From positions 2,313,700 to 2,377,699 of the forward strand of contig OY970219.1 in NCBI GenBank assembly GCA_963713985.1: 64,000 nucleotides of DNA, written 5' to 3'. Both the position numbers and the translations under genes were made by a program. How positions within the stretch are numbered: the stretch's first letter is position 1; each line of letters opens with the position of its first letter. Origin of the DNA: an uncultured Solirubrobacterales bacterium (GTDB lineage: Bacteria > Actinomycetota > Thermoleophilia > Solirubrobacterales > Solirubrobacteraceae). Under the pieces are notes generated by a model that did not search any database, was not told the DNA's origin, and saw nothing but the letters and a program-made list of their open reading frames with translations. Shown one piece after another: positions 1 to 8,480 of the stretch.

Positions 1-528
1 ATGGTAGGAGCAGATGTTGATCGGGTTCCACTTCGGGACGTGCTCGACGGTGTAGGCGATCGTGTCCGCGATCAGCCGCATCGAGGGCGCCGGCGGGAAG
101 GCGTAGGTGCCGCGCGCGAGGAACTCCTTGATGATGTCGTTCTGCGTCGTGCCCTGCAGGTGCTCCTGGGGCACGCCCTGGGCTTCGGCGGCGACGATGT
201 AGAGCGCCAGCAGCCACGCCGCGGTGGCGTTGATCGTCATCGAGGTGTTCATCTCCCCCAGCGGGATGCCCTCCATCAGGGCTTCCATGTCGCCGCGATG
301 GGAGACCGGCACCCCGACCTTGCCCACCTCCCCGCGCGCGAGCTCGTCGTCGGGGTCGTAGCCGGTCTGCGTCGGCAGGTCGAACGCGACCGAGAGCCCC
401 GTCTGGCCCTTGGCGAGGTTGCGCCGGTAGAGCTCGTTGGAGGCCTTCGCGGTCGAGTGCCCGGCGTAGGTGCGCATCATCCACGGGCGGTCCCGCTCGG
501 GCAGGCGATGGGGGGGATCTCTGTCCAT
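1..528 (-). CDS. meaA: Ethylmalonyl-CoA mutase (protein MeaA/Ecm, methylmalonyl-CoA mutase family), 5' part; continues beyond the left edge
   Basis: Manual minus-strand translation from ATG 528: MDRDPPHRLPERDRPWMMRTYAGHSTAKASNELYRRNLAKGQTGLSVAFDLPTQTGYDPD...GEVGKVGV...TTQNDIIKEFLARGTYAFPP. Not in the ORF track because there is no stop in the window. Confidence 0.93.
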   Translation of the reverse strand, partial: MDRDPPHRLPERDRPWMMRTYAGHSTAKASNELYRRNLAKGQTGLSVAFDLPTQTGYDPDDELARGEVGKVGVPVSHRGDMEALMEGIPLGEMNTSMTINATAAWLLALYIVAAEAQGVPQEHLQGTTQNDIIKEFLARGTYAFPPAPSMRLIADTIAYTVEHVPKWNPINICSYH

Positions 529-570
529 GCCGCAATTGTAAGGCCGTGCCCCTGGCTTTATGCTGGCGGC
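529..570. promoter_or_regulatory. Back-to-back -10 elements (probable leaderless promoters) for meaA and clpS
   Basis: TACAAT on the minus strand (540-535) lies 6 nt before the meaA ATG; TATGCT (559-564) lies 6 nt before the clpS ATG; no SD sequence for either gene. Confidence 0.6.
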
Positions 571-858
571 ATGACCGAGACGATCGAGCTTCCGCGCACG
601 GGCGGGCCGGGCAGCGGGCTGGGGGGCGCCTGGCGGGTGATCGTGCGCAACGACGACCACAACACCTTCGATCACGTCGCCCGAACGCTTGCGCGCTTCA
701 TCCCCGGGGTCACGCTGGAGCGGGGCCACCAGCTCGCCAACCAGATCCACAACAGCGGGCAGGCGATCGTCTACAACGGGCACAAGGAGCTCGCCGAGCA
801 CTACTGGGAGCAGCTCAAGGGCGCGGGGCTGACAATGGCGCCGCTAGAACACTGCTAG
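571..858 (+). CDS. clpS: ATP-dependent Clp protease adaptor ClpS
   Basis: WRVIVRNDDHNTFDHV...QIHNSGQAIVYNGHKELAEHYWEQLKGAGLT matches the ClpS fold motif; ATG 571. Confidence 0.88.
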   Translation: MTETIELPRTGGPGSGLGGAWRVIVRNDDHNTFDHVARTLARFIPGVTLERGHQLANQIHNSGQAIVYNGHKELAEHYWEQLKGAGLTMAPLEHC

Positions 859-1280
859 ACGTGGTGCACGCGGGCGCCTGAGCCGGTGCGGGCGGGTGAC
901 CCATTCCCCCCGTTGCCCTCGGGCTCGGGCGGGGCGGGGGTGCTCCACTCGATCTCCTCTGAGATCGCCCCGGAGGCGGTGAGGTCCCACCAGCCGTAGA
1001 GCACCGGCACCTGGTACCAGCTCGAGTGCAGCACGCGGAAGTCGGTCATCTCGGGGCCTTCCCAGTAGCGCTCCCAGTCGACGTAGCGCTCGAAGTGGGC
1101 GAGCTGCTGGAAGCGGTAGCGGTCATCGCGCTGACGGTAGACCGCGTAGGAGCTCGCCCTGTAGCGCAGCGCGACCGCCGCGACCTCGTTCAGTGCGTCC
1201 TCGAAGCCCTCGGCGCGGAAGCCGGTGGCGTACCAGGGCACGATCACCGTGCCGTTGCCAACGCCGGCCATCTCAGGCAC
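855..1280 (-). CDS. Conserved hypothetical protein, possibly dimeric alpha-beta barrel (ABM-like)
   Basis: 141-aa ORF rich in aromatic residues (WYATGFR...FERYVDWERYWEGPEM); overlaps the ccr stop by 8 nt. Confidence 0.7.
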   Translation of the reverse strand: MPEMAGVGNGTVIVPWYATGFRAEGFEDALNEVAAVALRYRASSYAVYRQRDDRYRFQQLAHFERYVDWERYWEGPEMTDFRVLHSSWYQVPVLYGWWDLTASGAISEEIEWSTPAPPEPEGNGGNGSPARTGSGARVHHV

Positions 1281-2529
1281 CCACCTCGGCGCGGATCGCG
1301 CCGGGGCCCTCCGCGGTCTTGCCGAGCCCCTCGGACTCGGCGCCCACGAGGATCGAGATCTTGCCGAGGTGCTTGTTTTCGAGCATCAGCTGGTGGGCCT
1401 CGGCGACGCCCTCGAAGCCCAGCGTGCGCCACAGCACGGGACGGATCTGACCCGATTCGATCAGCTCGTTGGCCTTCATGCACTCATAGGCGTTGGCGAA
1501 GTGCGAGCCGAGGATCTCCTTCTGGCGCATCCACAGGTAGGCGACGTTGAAGTCGAGGTCGATGCCGGTGGTGCCGGCGCAGATCACGATTTTGCCGAAC
1601 GTCTTCGCGGTGAACACCGATGTGGGGAAGGTGGCTTTGCCGACGTGCTCGAAGACGATGTCGGGGGCGTCGCCGAGGAGCTCTTTGACGCGCTTGGCGA
1701 AGGCGCGGGAGACGCCGAAGCGGGCCTTCTCCTCCTCCGCGCTCTCGCCCCCTTTGCGCATCATCCCCGCGAACTCCCCCCGGTCGATGTAGTCCACCGC
1801 GCCGAGGCGCTTGACGAGCTCGCCCTTCTCGGCGGAGGAGACCACGCCGACGCAGTTGGCGCCGGCGGCGGCGCAGAGCTGGGTGGCGAACACGCCGAGG
1901 CCGCCGGCGGCACCCCAGATCAGCACGTTGGCGCCGGCCTGCAGCTTGCAGCGGGTGATCAGCATGCGGTAGGCGGTGAAGTACACGAGGCCGTAGGAGG
2001 CGGCCTCCTCCCAGTTGAGCGCGGGGGGCTTGGGCAGCAGCTGCTGGGCCTGGACCTTCGTGAACTGCGCGAAGGAGCCCCAGGTGGTCTCATAGCCCCA
2101 GATCTTCTGCGAGGGCGCGGCCATCGGGTCCAGGCCGTGGACCTCGAGGTCCTCGTAGGAGGCCTGGTTGCAGTGCACCACCACCTCGTCGCCGGGCTTC
2201 CAGCGGGTCACGCCGGCGCCGACCTTCCACACGACTCCGGAGGCGTCCGAGCCGCCGATGTGGTGACCGTACTGGGGGTGGTCGCCGTATTTCATCACCG
2301 ACACCGGCTCGCCGAGGGCGGCCCAGACGTTGTTGTAGTTGACCCCCGCGGCCATCACGCGCACGATCACCTCGAACGCACCGGGCTCGGGGACCTCGAT
2401 CTCCTCGAGCTGGAAGGCGTCCTTGGGCTCGCCGAAGCGCTCCTCGCGGATCACCCACGCCGCCATCGTCTTGGGCAGCTCGCCCGGCTCGGTGTCGACC
2501 TCTGAGATCTGCTGCAAATCGATTGCCAC
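1273..2529 (-). CDS. ccrA: Crotonyl-CoA carboxylase/reductase
   Basis: MDR family with VMAAGVNYNNVWA, IWGYETTWGSFAQF, WGAAGGLG and GSHFAN motifs typical of Ccr; 418 aa; near meaA. Confidence 0.92.
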   Translation of the reverse strand: MAIDLQQISEVDTEPGELPKTMAAWVIREERFGEPKDAFQLEEIEVPEPGAFEVIVRVMAAGVNYNNVWAALGEPVSVMKYGDHPQYGHHIGGSDASGVVWKVGAGVTRWKPGDEVVVHCNQASYEDLEVHGLDPMAAPSQKIWGYETTWGSFAQFTKVQAQQLLPKPPALNWEEAASYGLVYFTAYRMLITRCKLQAGANVLIWGAAGGLGVFATQLCAAAGANCVGVVSSAEKGELVKRLGAVDYIDRGEFAGMMRKGGESAEEEKARFGVSRAFAKRVKELLGDAPDIVFEHVGKATFPTSVFTAKTFGKIVICAGTTGIDLDFNVAYLWMRQKEILGSHFANAYECMKANELIESGQIRPVLWRTLGFEGVAEAHQLMLENKHLGKISILVGAESEGLGKTAEGPGAIRAEVGA

Positions 2530-2614
2530 GGTATATCTGAACCTCGTGTGGGGGGTGGGAAACGGAGAGCAATCCTACTGCGGCGGGGACCCCCTCGCGC
2601 TACGCTGCACCTCA

Positions 2615-2902
2615 GTGCCCGACGAGAGCCCCCCCGAGGAGTCCCAGCAGGGCCCCAACATCATCATGCCCCCGGAGGAGTTCGCGGGCCGGTGGGCCAA
2701 TGCGGCGTCGATCGCGCGTACCCCGCACGAGTTCACGCTCGACTTCCTGCGCATCGGCCCCCAGGGGCAGCAGGGGATCGTGGTCTCGCGCGTCTCCTTC
2801 TCGCCGCTGCTGGCGAGCCAGCTCGTGGATCTGTTGAACGAGCAGTGGCAGGCGTACACTCATGAATCGGGAGTTCCGACCGAAGACGGTAGTGATGACT
2901 GA
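2615..2902 (+). CDS. DUF3467-like protein
   Basis: GRWANAASIARTPHEFTLDFLRIGP...IVVSRVSFSPLLASQLVDLL matches the DUF3467 pattern; GTG 2615 preceded by TACGCT. Confidence 0.7.
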   Translation: MPDESPPEESQQGPNIIMPPEEFAGRWANAASIARTPHEFTLDFLRIGPQGQQGIVVSRVSFSPLLASQLVDLLNEQWQAYTHESGVPTEDGSDD

Positions 2903-3086
2903 ACGCAATCCCTTCGAGGATGCCCGCAAGAAGCCAGAGCGCACCAAAGTGAGCCTGCGGGGGCCGAACGTGAACAACACCTTCGATACGCCCCCGCGCC
3001 CCGACGCGCTCAGGGTCCAGATGGCCGCGATCCGCAAGCATCTGCACGAGCGCCGCCCCGGCGGGTGGCGCCCGGGCGCCACTTAG
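2895..3086 (+). CDS. Small hypothetical protein (63 aa)
   Basis: ATG 2895 overlaps the DUF3467 stop; MTERNPFEDARKKPERTKVSLRGPNVNNTFD...; GC-rich third codon positions. Confidence 0.55.
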   Translation: MTERNPFEDARKKPERTKVSLRGPNVNNTFDTPPRPDALRVQMAAIRKHLHERRPGGWRPGAT

Positions 3087-4087
3087 GAGAACGGCGGCTC
3101 GAGGAGCGTGGCGCTTACGCCGTGCTCGCCCACGGCGACGGTGTCGCCCGGCGCGGCCTCGCGGCGCACGAGCGCGAGCGCGATGATTCCGAACCGGGGC
3201 GAGTCGACGACGCTCCCGAGGCTCCCCACGGAACGCTCCCCCAGTCGCAGCTCCTCGCCGGGCGAGGCTGGCGCAGACAGCCGCAGGCCCCGCAGGTGGC
3301 GGTTGGGCCGGCCCCTGTAGTGCAGGCGCGCCACTGTCTCCTGTCCCACGTAGCAGCCCTTGGTGAAGCTCACCGCCCGCTCGTTGAGGCCGGCCTCCTG
3401 GGGGATCGTGCTCTCGTCGATGTCCACCCCATAGCGGGGCTGCCCCTGCTCGACGCGCACGATCTCAGCGGCCGCCTCGCCGGCGGGGGTCGCGCCCGCG
3501 TCGATCAGGGCCGCGCGCACCGCGTCGCCGTGGGGGGCGTCGAAGAGCACCTCCACGCCGTCGGCGGTGGCGATCAGCCGCACGGGCGCGCCGCCGATCT
3601 CTGCGGGCACGTGGGTGTGCTCGGCGTCGGGGAGCGGGCTCTGCGCGAGGGGCGCGCGCGCCTCGGGTCCGATCAGCGAGAGCAGGCCGCACTCCACGGT
3701 GCGCTTGTGCAGTTCGACCTCGTAGCCGATCTTGTAGCGGCGGATCATGTCGAACAGCGCCTGCAGCGCCACGCGCTCGGTGTCGAGCAGCAGTTCGGTG
3801 GGGGGCCCGCTCGAATCGGGTCCCCCCGCATCGAGGCCCCCCGCATCGGCCCTCCCGACGGCAAGGATGCGCAGGTCGCCGAGCATCTTGCCCTTGTTGG
3901 TCAGGAAGGCCGCATACCGTCCCTCGCCGGGGCGCAGGTCGGTGAGCTCGTTGGTGACCTGCCCGTTGAGGAACTCGACCGCCCCGGAGCCCCTCAGCGC
4001 GAGCTTGCCGCGTTCGGAGCGGTCCACCAGCCCGCAGTGCCCGGTCAGCGCCTCGTACTCGGCGCGCAGTGTGTCGGTGGCGGCCAT
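3083..4087 (-). CDS. ygfZ: Folate-binding protein YgfZ/GcvT-like
   Basis: FLNGQVTN, FLTNKGKMLGDL and the signature KGCYVGQETVARLHYRG. Confidence 0.9.
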   Translation of the reverse strand: MAATDTLRAEYEALTGHCGLVDRSERGKLALRGSGAVEFLNGQVTNELTDLRPGEGRYAAFLTNKGKMLGDLRILAVGRADAGGLDAGGPDSSGPPTELLLDTERVALQALFDMIRRYKIGYEVELHKRTVECGLLSLIGPEARAPLAQSPLPDAEHTHVPAEIGGAPVRLIATADGVEVLFDAPHGDAVRAALIDAGATPAGEAAAEIVRVEQGQPRYGVDIDESTIPQEAGLNERAVSFTKGCYVGQETVARLHYRGRPNRHLRGLRLSAPASPGEELRLGERSVGSLGSVVDSPRFGIIALALVRREAAPGDTVAVGEHGVSATLLEPPFS

Positions 4088-4138
4088 GGACCGAGGTTAG
4101 AGGGTGGCGCAGCCGGGTCTCCCGCTAGGCTTCCGCCA

Positions 4139-4501
4139 ATGGGCCTGGCCGACACCTTCCAGCAGATCGTGGACTCGCTGCCCGACGACTGGACCGACTT
4201 GGAGCTCGATCTGCGGATCGGGGACGAGTCGCGCTACGTGGAAGCGGCCGTCTACCTGGCGACCTGCAACGCGAGGCCCTACTCCAAGTACGACTGGCAC
4301 TGGCGGCTGCTGGTCGCCCACCGCTTCGGCCACGCCGCCTCGGCGCCGACGGTGCACGGCACGCTGGGTCTCCTCGACGACGCGGGCATCGGGGGGGAGC
4401 TGGCGGTTCGCGAGCTGCGCGCGGGGCGCGCGGAGGTCACGCAGATGTGGGGTCGCCCGTACTCGGCGCGCGAGGAGTTTCGCCGCCTGCGCGCGCAGTA
4501 G
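4139..4501 (+). CDS. Conserved hypothetical protein
   Basis: MGLADTFQQIVDSLPDDWTDLELDLRI...; ATG 4139 lies 7 nt after TAGGCT; coding-like codon usage. Confidence 0.75.
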   Translation: MGLADTFQQIVDSLPDDWTDLELDLRIGDESRYVEAAVYLATCNARPYSKYDWHWRLLVAHRFGHAASAPTVHGTLGLLDDAGIGGELAVRELRAGRAEVTQMWGRPYSAREEFRRLRAQ

Positions 4502-5048
4502 CGTCGAGCGGGACGATCGCCGCGTTGGCGACGCGCACGCCCGCCGCCGCGGGATCTTTGGTGCGCAGGAAGAGGGCGATGCGGATCACCCCGCCGTGGC
4601 AGACCACCAGCGCGGGCTCCTCGGCGCGCTCGATGTCGTGCAGCGCGGCAGCCACGCGCTCCCCCTGCTGGGCGAAGGACTCGCCGCCGGGGAACGCGAA
4701 GGTGGGGTCCCCCGCGGCGAAGCGGGCGAACCCCTCGGGGTCCTCGGCGCGCACCTCGGCGAAGCTGCGATCGGTCCAGGCGCCCGCGTCGGTCTCCATC
4801 AGGCGCGCGTCCTCGCGGGGCGTCAGGCCGATGCGGCGCGCGACCGTGTCGGCGGTTTCGCGGGCGCGCAGCAGGGGGCTGCACCAGAGCGCCGCGAACT
4901 CGTAGGGGAGCGCCCGCTCAGCCAGGGCGGCCGCCTGGGCACGGCCGGTCTCATCGAGCGGCACCGCGCCCTGGCCCTGGAAGCGGCCCTCGGCGTTGTA
5001 CGCGGTCTGGCCGTGGCGGGCGAGGTAGACGCGGGCTGGTGCAGACAC
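4437..5048 (-). CDS. Histidine phosphatase (phosphoglycerate mutase-like) family protein
   Basis: YLARHGQTAYNAEGRFQG, SPLLRARETA, FPGGES, LVVCHGGVIR; GTG 5048 assumed as start. Confidence 0.88.
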   Translation of the reverse strand: MSAPARVYLARHGQTAYNAEGRFQGQGAVPLDETGRAQAAALAERALPYEFAALWCSPLLRARETADTVARRIGLTPREDARLMETDAGAWTDRSFAEVRAEDPEGFARFAAGDPTFAFPGGESFAQQGERVAAALHDIERAEEPALVVCHGGVIRIALFLRTKDPAAAGVRVANAAIVPLDATARAGGETPRAPSTGDPTSA

Positions 5049-5180
5049 GACGGCCCGAGCATATAGCCGCCCCCGACTTCGCTGGACCTCCGCCTGGGAG
5101 GCCGGCATGGGAGCGCCTCGCCGCGCACATCACCGGCGCACGTCGCGAGCGCGGCCTCCTGGCCCTGCTGCTCGTGGCCC

Positions 5181-5906
5181 TCAGGTCGCCTGTGGCTCGG
5201 CCTCGGCCGGGGGCGGTGTGTCGGTCGAGCCCTTGCGCAGATACAGGAACGTGTAGAGACAGGCGGCGACCGTGGCGCCGAGCACTGGCCCGGCATACCA
5301 GACCCAGCCGTTGCTCCAGTGGTCGCCCACGAGCTGGGGGCCGAAGGCGCGCGAGGGGTTCATCGCCGCGCCGGTGAAGGGGCCGCCGAAGAGCACGTCG
5401 ATCGAGATCGTCAGGCCGATCGCCAGGCCGGCGACGGCGTTGAACGGCCCGCGCGTGTCCACCGCCGCGCCGAAGACGACGAACACGAGGAAGAACGTGA
5501 GGACCGCCTCGAGCAGGAAGCCGGAGCTCGCGTCGACCCCGTGCCCGAGCGCGGGCACCCCGAGCTTGACCGCTTCGGTGGTGGCCCGCGGCAGCAGCTC
5601 CTTGACGAACAGCGCCGCCAGCGCGGCGCCGGCGAACTGCGCGACCCAGTAGACGCCGGCGAGCGCGGGCTTGATCTTGCGGGTGATCAGGAACCCGAAG
5701 GTGATCGCCGGGTTGAAGTGCCCGCCGGAGATGTGCCCCAGCGCGCAGACCATCACGCCGATCGCGAGGCCGTTGGCGATCGCGACGCCGATCAGCGAGG
5801 GGTCGGAGATGGCACCGGACGCCGCGGCCGCGCCGGCGCCGATGAAGGTGAGGGTGAACGCGCCGACCATCTCGGCCACCGCGCGACGGAGGGTATCTTC
5901 GGACAT
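5181..5906 (-). CDS. Aquaporin/MIP family channel
   Basis: SGGHFNPAITFG and GAAMNPSRAFGP (NPA/NPS) with six hydrophobic segments; ATG 5906. Confidence 0.92.
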   Translation of the reverse strand: MSEDTLRRAVAEMVGAFTLTFIGAGAAAASGAISDPSLIGVAIANGLAIGVMVCALGHISGGHFNPAITFGFLITRKIKPALAGVYWVAQFAGAALAALFVKELLPRATTEAVKLGVPALGHGVDASSGFLLEAVLTFFLVFVVFGAAVDTRGPFNAVAGLAIGLTISIDVLFGGPFTGAAMNPSRAFGPQLVGDHWSNGWVWYAGPVLGATVAACLYTFLYLRKGSTDTPPPAEAEPQAT

Positions 5907-5942
5907 GCGCGAAAAGTTACGATCCCGGTCGGACGGATTTAG

Positions 5943-6128
5943 GCCCACGTCGCATGCGACGTGGGCGCCAGGGCCGCATGCGGCCCTGGCTGGAACCCGC
6001 ACATGTGCGGGTTCCCCGAGCGGTGCATGCACCGCTCGGCCGACCGATAGGGGATCAGATGCGATCCCCTATCGGCCAGCGCATGCGCCAACCGGAACAG
6101 CATCGGCGCCGGCCGGAACAGCATCGGC
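5943..6128. repeat. Array of four perfect 24-bp palindromes, a 13-bp hairpin, a 10-bp palindrome and a 16-bp direct repeat
   Basis: 5943-5966 GCCCACGTCGCATGCGACGTGGGC; 5967-5990 GCCAGGGCCGCATGCGGCCCTGGC; 5992-6015 GGAACCCGCACATGTGCGGGTTCC; 6016-6039 CCGAGCGGTGCATGCACCGCTCGG; hairpin 6044-6075; GCGCATGCGC 6079-6088; CCGGAACAGCATCGGC at 6092 and 6113. Confidence 0.95.
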
Positions 6129-6148
6129 CGGGGTCATAGACTCATGGC

Positions 6149-8392
6149 ATGCGCCGCCGCGTCACCTTCTCGCGCAACCTGACGCTGTCGCTCTCGCGGA
6201 CGTGCCAGTGCTACTGCAAGTACTGCGCGTTCGCGACACACACGGCGCACCTGTACGCGCCCGAGGAGGTGCTGGGGATCATCGACGGCGCGGCGCGGCG
6301 GGGGATCAAGGAGCTCCTGGTGCTCACCGGCGAGCGCCCCGAGGTCAACGCGGAGGTGGCGCGGCGCCTCACCGAGTACGGGCACGAGGACTTCACCGCC
6401 TACGTGGCGTGGGCCTGCGAGCGGGCGCTGGAGCGGGGGATCCTGCCGCACACCAACCTCGGCGTCCTCTCCCGGGAGGACCTGGGGCGGCTGCGCGAGG
6501 TGAGCGCCTCGCAGGGGCTGATGCTGGAGTCGATCTCCGAGCGGCTGATGGAGACGGTGCACGCGGGCTCACCCACCAAGCATCCGCAGCGGCGCCTGGA
6601 GGCGATCCGCGCGGCGGGGGAGCTGCGGATCCCGTTCACCTCGGGGATCCTTGTGGGGATCGGCGAGAGCGAGGAGGAGCGCGTCGCCTCCCTGGAGGCG
6701 CTTGCGGCGGTGCACGCCGAGTACGGCCACATCCAGGAGGTGATCCTTCAGAACTTCGTGCCCCATCAGCGCTACTACGGCCAGGAGCCGGCGCAGATCG
6801 CCGATGTGGCGGCGCGGGAGTACTGGCGCACGGGAGTTGCGGACAGCCGGCCGCAGCTGCCGCTGCCCGAGTGGGCGTGTCCGGTGAGCATCGAGGACAT
6901 GAAGCGGCTGATCGCGGAGACCCGGCGGCTGATGCCGGACGTGGGCATCCAGGTGCCCCCCAACCTCGCGGACTGGTGGCCGGAGCTGGTGGCCGCGGGA
7001 GCGACCGACCTGGGCGGGCTTTCGGCCAACGGCGACCACATCTCCCCCGAGCACCCCTTCCCCTCGCCGCATCGGGTGCGCAAGGCTCTGCAGCAGGACG
7101 GCGTGGCGCTGACCGAGCGCCTGTGCGTTTACTCCCGCTACATCGACCCCGAGTGGATCTCCCGGGGGGTGATGGACACGATCAAGGTCAAGTACTGGAG
7201 CTTCATCCCGCGGCGGGGCTCCGGTCGCACCGACCCGGCCGCGAGCGGCGCCCCGCCGATCCGCCCGGACCTGGTCGCCGGGGCGACCGAGCGCGGCCGC
7301 GAGGGGCTGGCGCTGAGTGCAGAGGAGCTGACGGCGATGTTCGCCGAGACGCGGCCGGATGCGATCGAGGAGCTGCGCGCGGCCGCGGACGAGCTGCGGG
7401 CGGAGCTCGCGGGGGAGACGGTGACGTTCGTGGTGAACCGCAACATCAACGTCTCCAACGTCTGCACCGTGGGGTGCGCCTTCTGCGGCTTCGGCCAGGG
7501 CAAGCGCTCCCCCGACGCCTACGAGCACGGCGAGGAGGAGTTCGCGCGCCGGGTGCGCGAGGCGGTGGAGTTCGGGGCCACGGAGCTGTGCATCCAGTCG
7601 GGCATCCACCCGGACTGGAGCCTGGAGGACTACCTGGGGTGGCTGCGCTTCGCCAAGCGCACCGCGGCGGGGGAGGGGTGCGACATCCACCTGCACGCCT
7701 ACAGCCCGATGGAGATCGCGCACATGTGCGACATCTCGGGGGAGCCCCCGGCGGAGGTGTTCGCTCGCCTGCGCGACGCCGGCCTCGGCTCGACCCCGGG
7801 GACGGCGGCGGAGGTGCTGCACGACGGGGTGCGCGAACGGATCAGCCCCAACAAGCTCCCCGTGGCGCGCTGGGTGGAGATCATCGAGGCCTCCCATGCG
7901 GCGGGGCTGCGCTCGACGGCGACGGTGATGTTCGGGCACATCGAGGAGCCCTGGGAGCTGGCCGAGCACATGCGCGTGGTGCGCGAGCTGCAGGAGCGCA
8001 CGGGGGGGATCACCGAGTTCGTGCCCCTCTCCTTCATCCCCTTCCAGACGCTGCTGGGACGCACGCACGGCGTGGAGGAGATATCGCGCGAGGAGAACCT
8101 CAAGCACACCGCCGTCTTCCGTCTGGCGCTGGGGCGCAGCGTGCGCAGCGTGCAGGCCTCGTGGGTGAAGATGGGCCTGGAGGCCGCCACGGAGTCGCTG
8201 CGCTGGGGCGTCAACGACTTGGGGGGGACGTTGATGGAGGAGTCGATCAGCCGCCTCGCGGGCTCCTACCACGGCACGCGCCTGGATCCCGAGCAGCTCG
8301 TGGCCGCCGCGCACGCCGCGGGGCGTCCGGCGGCGGAGCGCACGACGCTGTACGGGATCCGCCGGCGCTACGAGCTGCCGGTGGCGGCGTAG
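6149..8392 (+). CDS. fbiC: FO synthase, fused CofG-CofH (two radical SAM domains)
   Basis: VTFSRNLTLSLSRTCQCYCKYCAF (CofG CxxxCxxC) and VTFVVNRNINVSNVCTVGCAFCGF (CofH); QASWVKMG; GVNDLGGTLMEESISR. Confidence 0.95.
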   Translation: MRRRVTFSRNLTLSLSRTCQCYCKYCAFATHTAHLYAPEEVLGIIDGAARRGIKELLVLTGERPEVNAEVARRLTEYGHEDFTAYVAWACERALERGILPHTNLGVLSREDLGRLREVSASQGLMLESISERLMETVHAGSPTKHPQRRLEAIRAAGELRIPFTSGILVGIGESEEERVASLEALAAVHAEYGHIQEVILQNFVPHQRYYGQEPAQIADVAAREYWRTGVADSRPQLPLPEWACPVSIEDMKRLIAETRRLMPDVGIQVPPNLADWWPELVAAGATDLGGLSANGDHISPEHPFPSPHRVRKALQQDGVALTERLCVYSRYIDPEWISRGVMDTIKVKYWSFIPRRGSGRTDPAASGAPPIRPDLVAGATERGREGLALSAEELTAMFAETRPDAIEELRAAADELRAELAGETVTFVVNRNINVSNVCTVGCAFCGFGQGKRSPDAYEHGEEEFARRVREAVEFGATELCIQSGIHPDWSLEDYLGWLRFAKRTAAGEGCDIHLHAYSPMEIAHMCDISGEPPAEVFARLRDAGLGSTPGTAAEVLHDGVRERISPNKLPVARWVEIIEASHAAGLRSTATVMFGHIEEPWELAEHMRVVRELQERTGGITEFVPLSFIPFQTLLGRTHGVEEISREENLKHTAVFRLALGRSVRSVQASWVKMGLEAATESLRWGVNDLGGTLMEESISRLAGSYHGTRLDPEQLVAAAHAAGRPAAERTTLYGIRRRYELPVAA
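8143..8174 (+). repeat. 32-bp direct repeat, copy 1 (inside fbiC)
   Basis: GCGCAGCGTGCAGGCCTCGTGGGTGAAGATGG, identical to 9722-9753. Confidence 0.9.
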
Positions 8393-8480
8393 CGCCTGCA
8401 ACCAATCGCCGGCCGTCGCCGCACGCCGTCGCCCCCCGGCGTGAATGCATGGAATTGTGTCGAGGGGTAGACTTGGGCCT

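Noticed and set aside
1-858. 285-aa plus-strand ORF from position 1
   Set aside because: The N-terminal two thirds is antisense to meaA; the real gene is clpS from ATG 571.
5943-6128. Palindrome array as a CRISPR array
   Set aside because: No identical repeats separated by unique spacers and no cas genes; kept as an unexplained structure instead.
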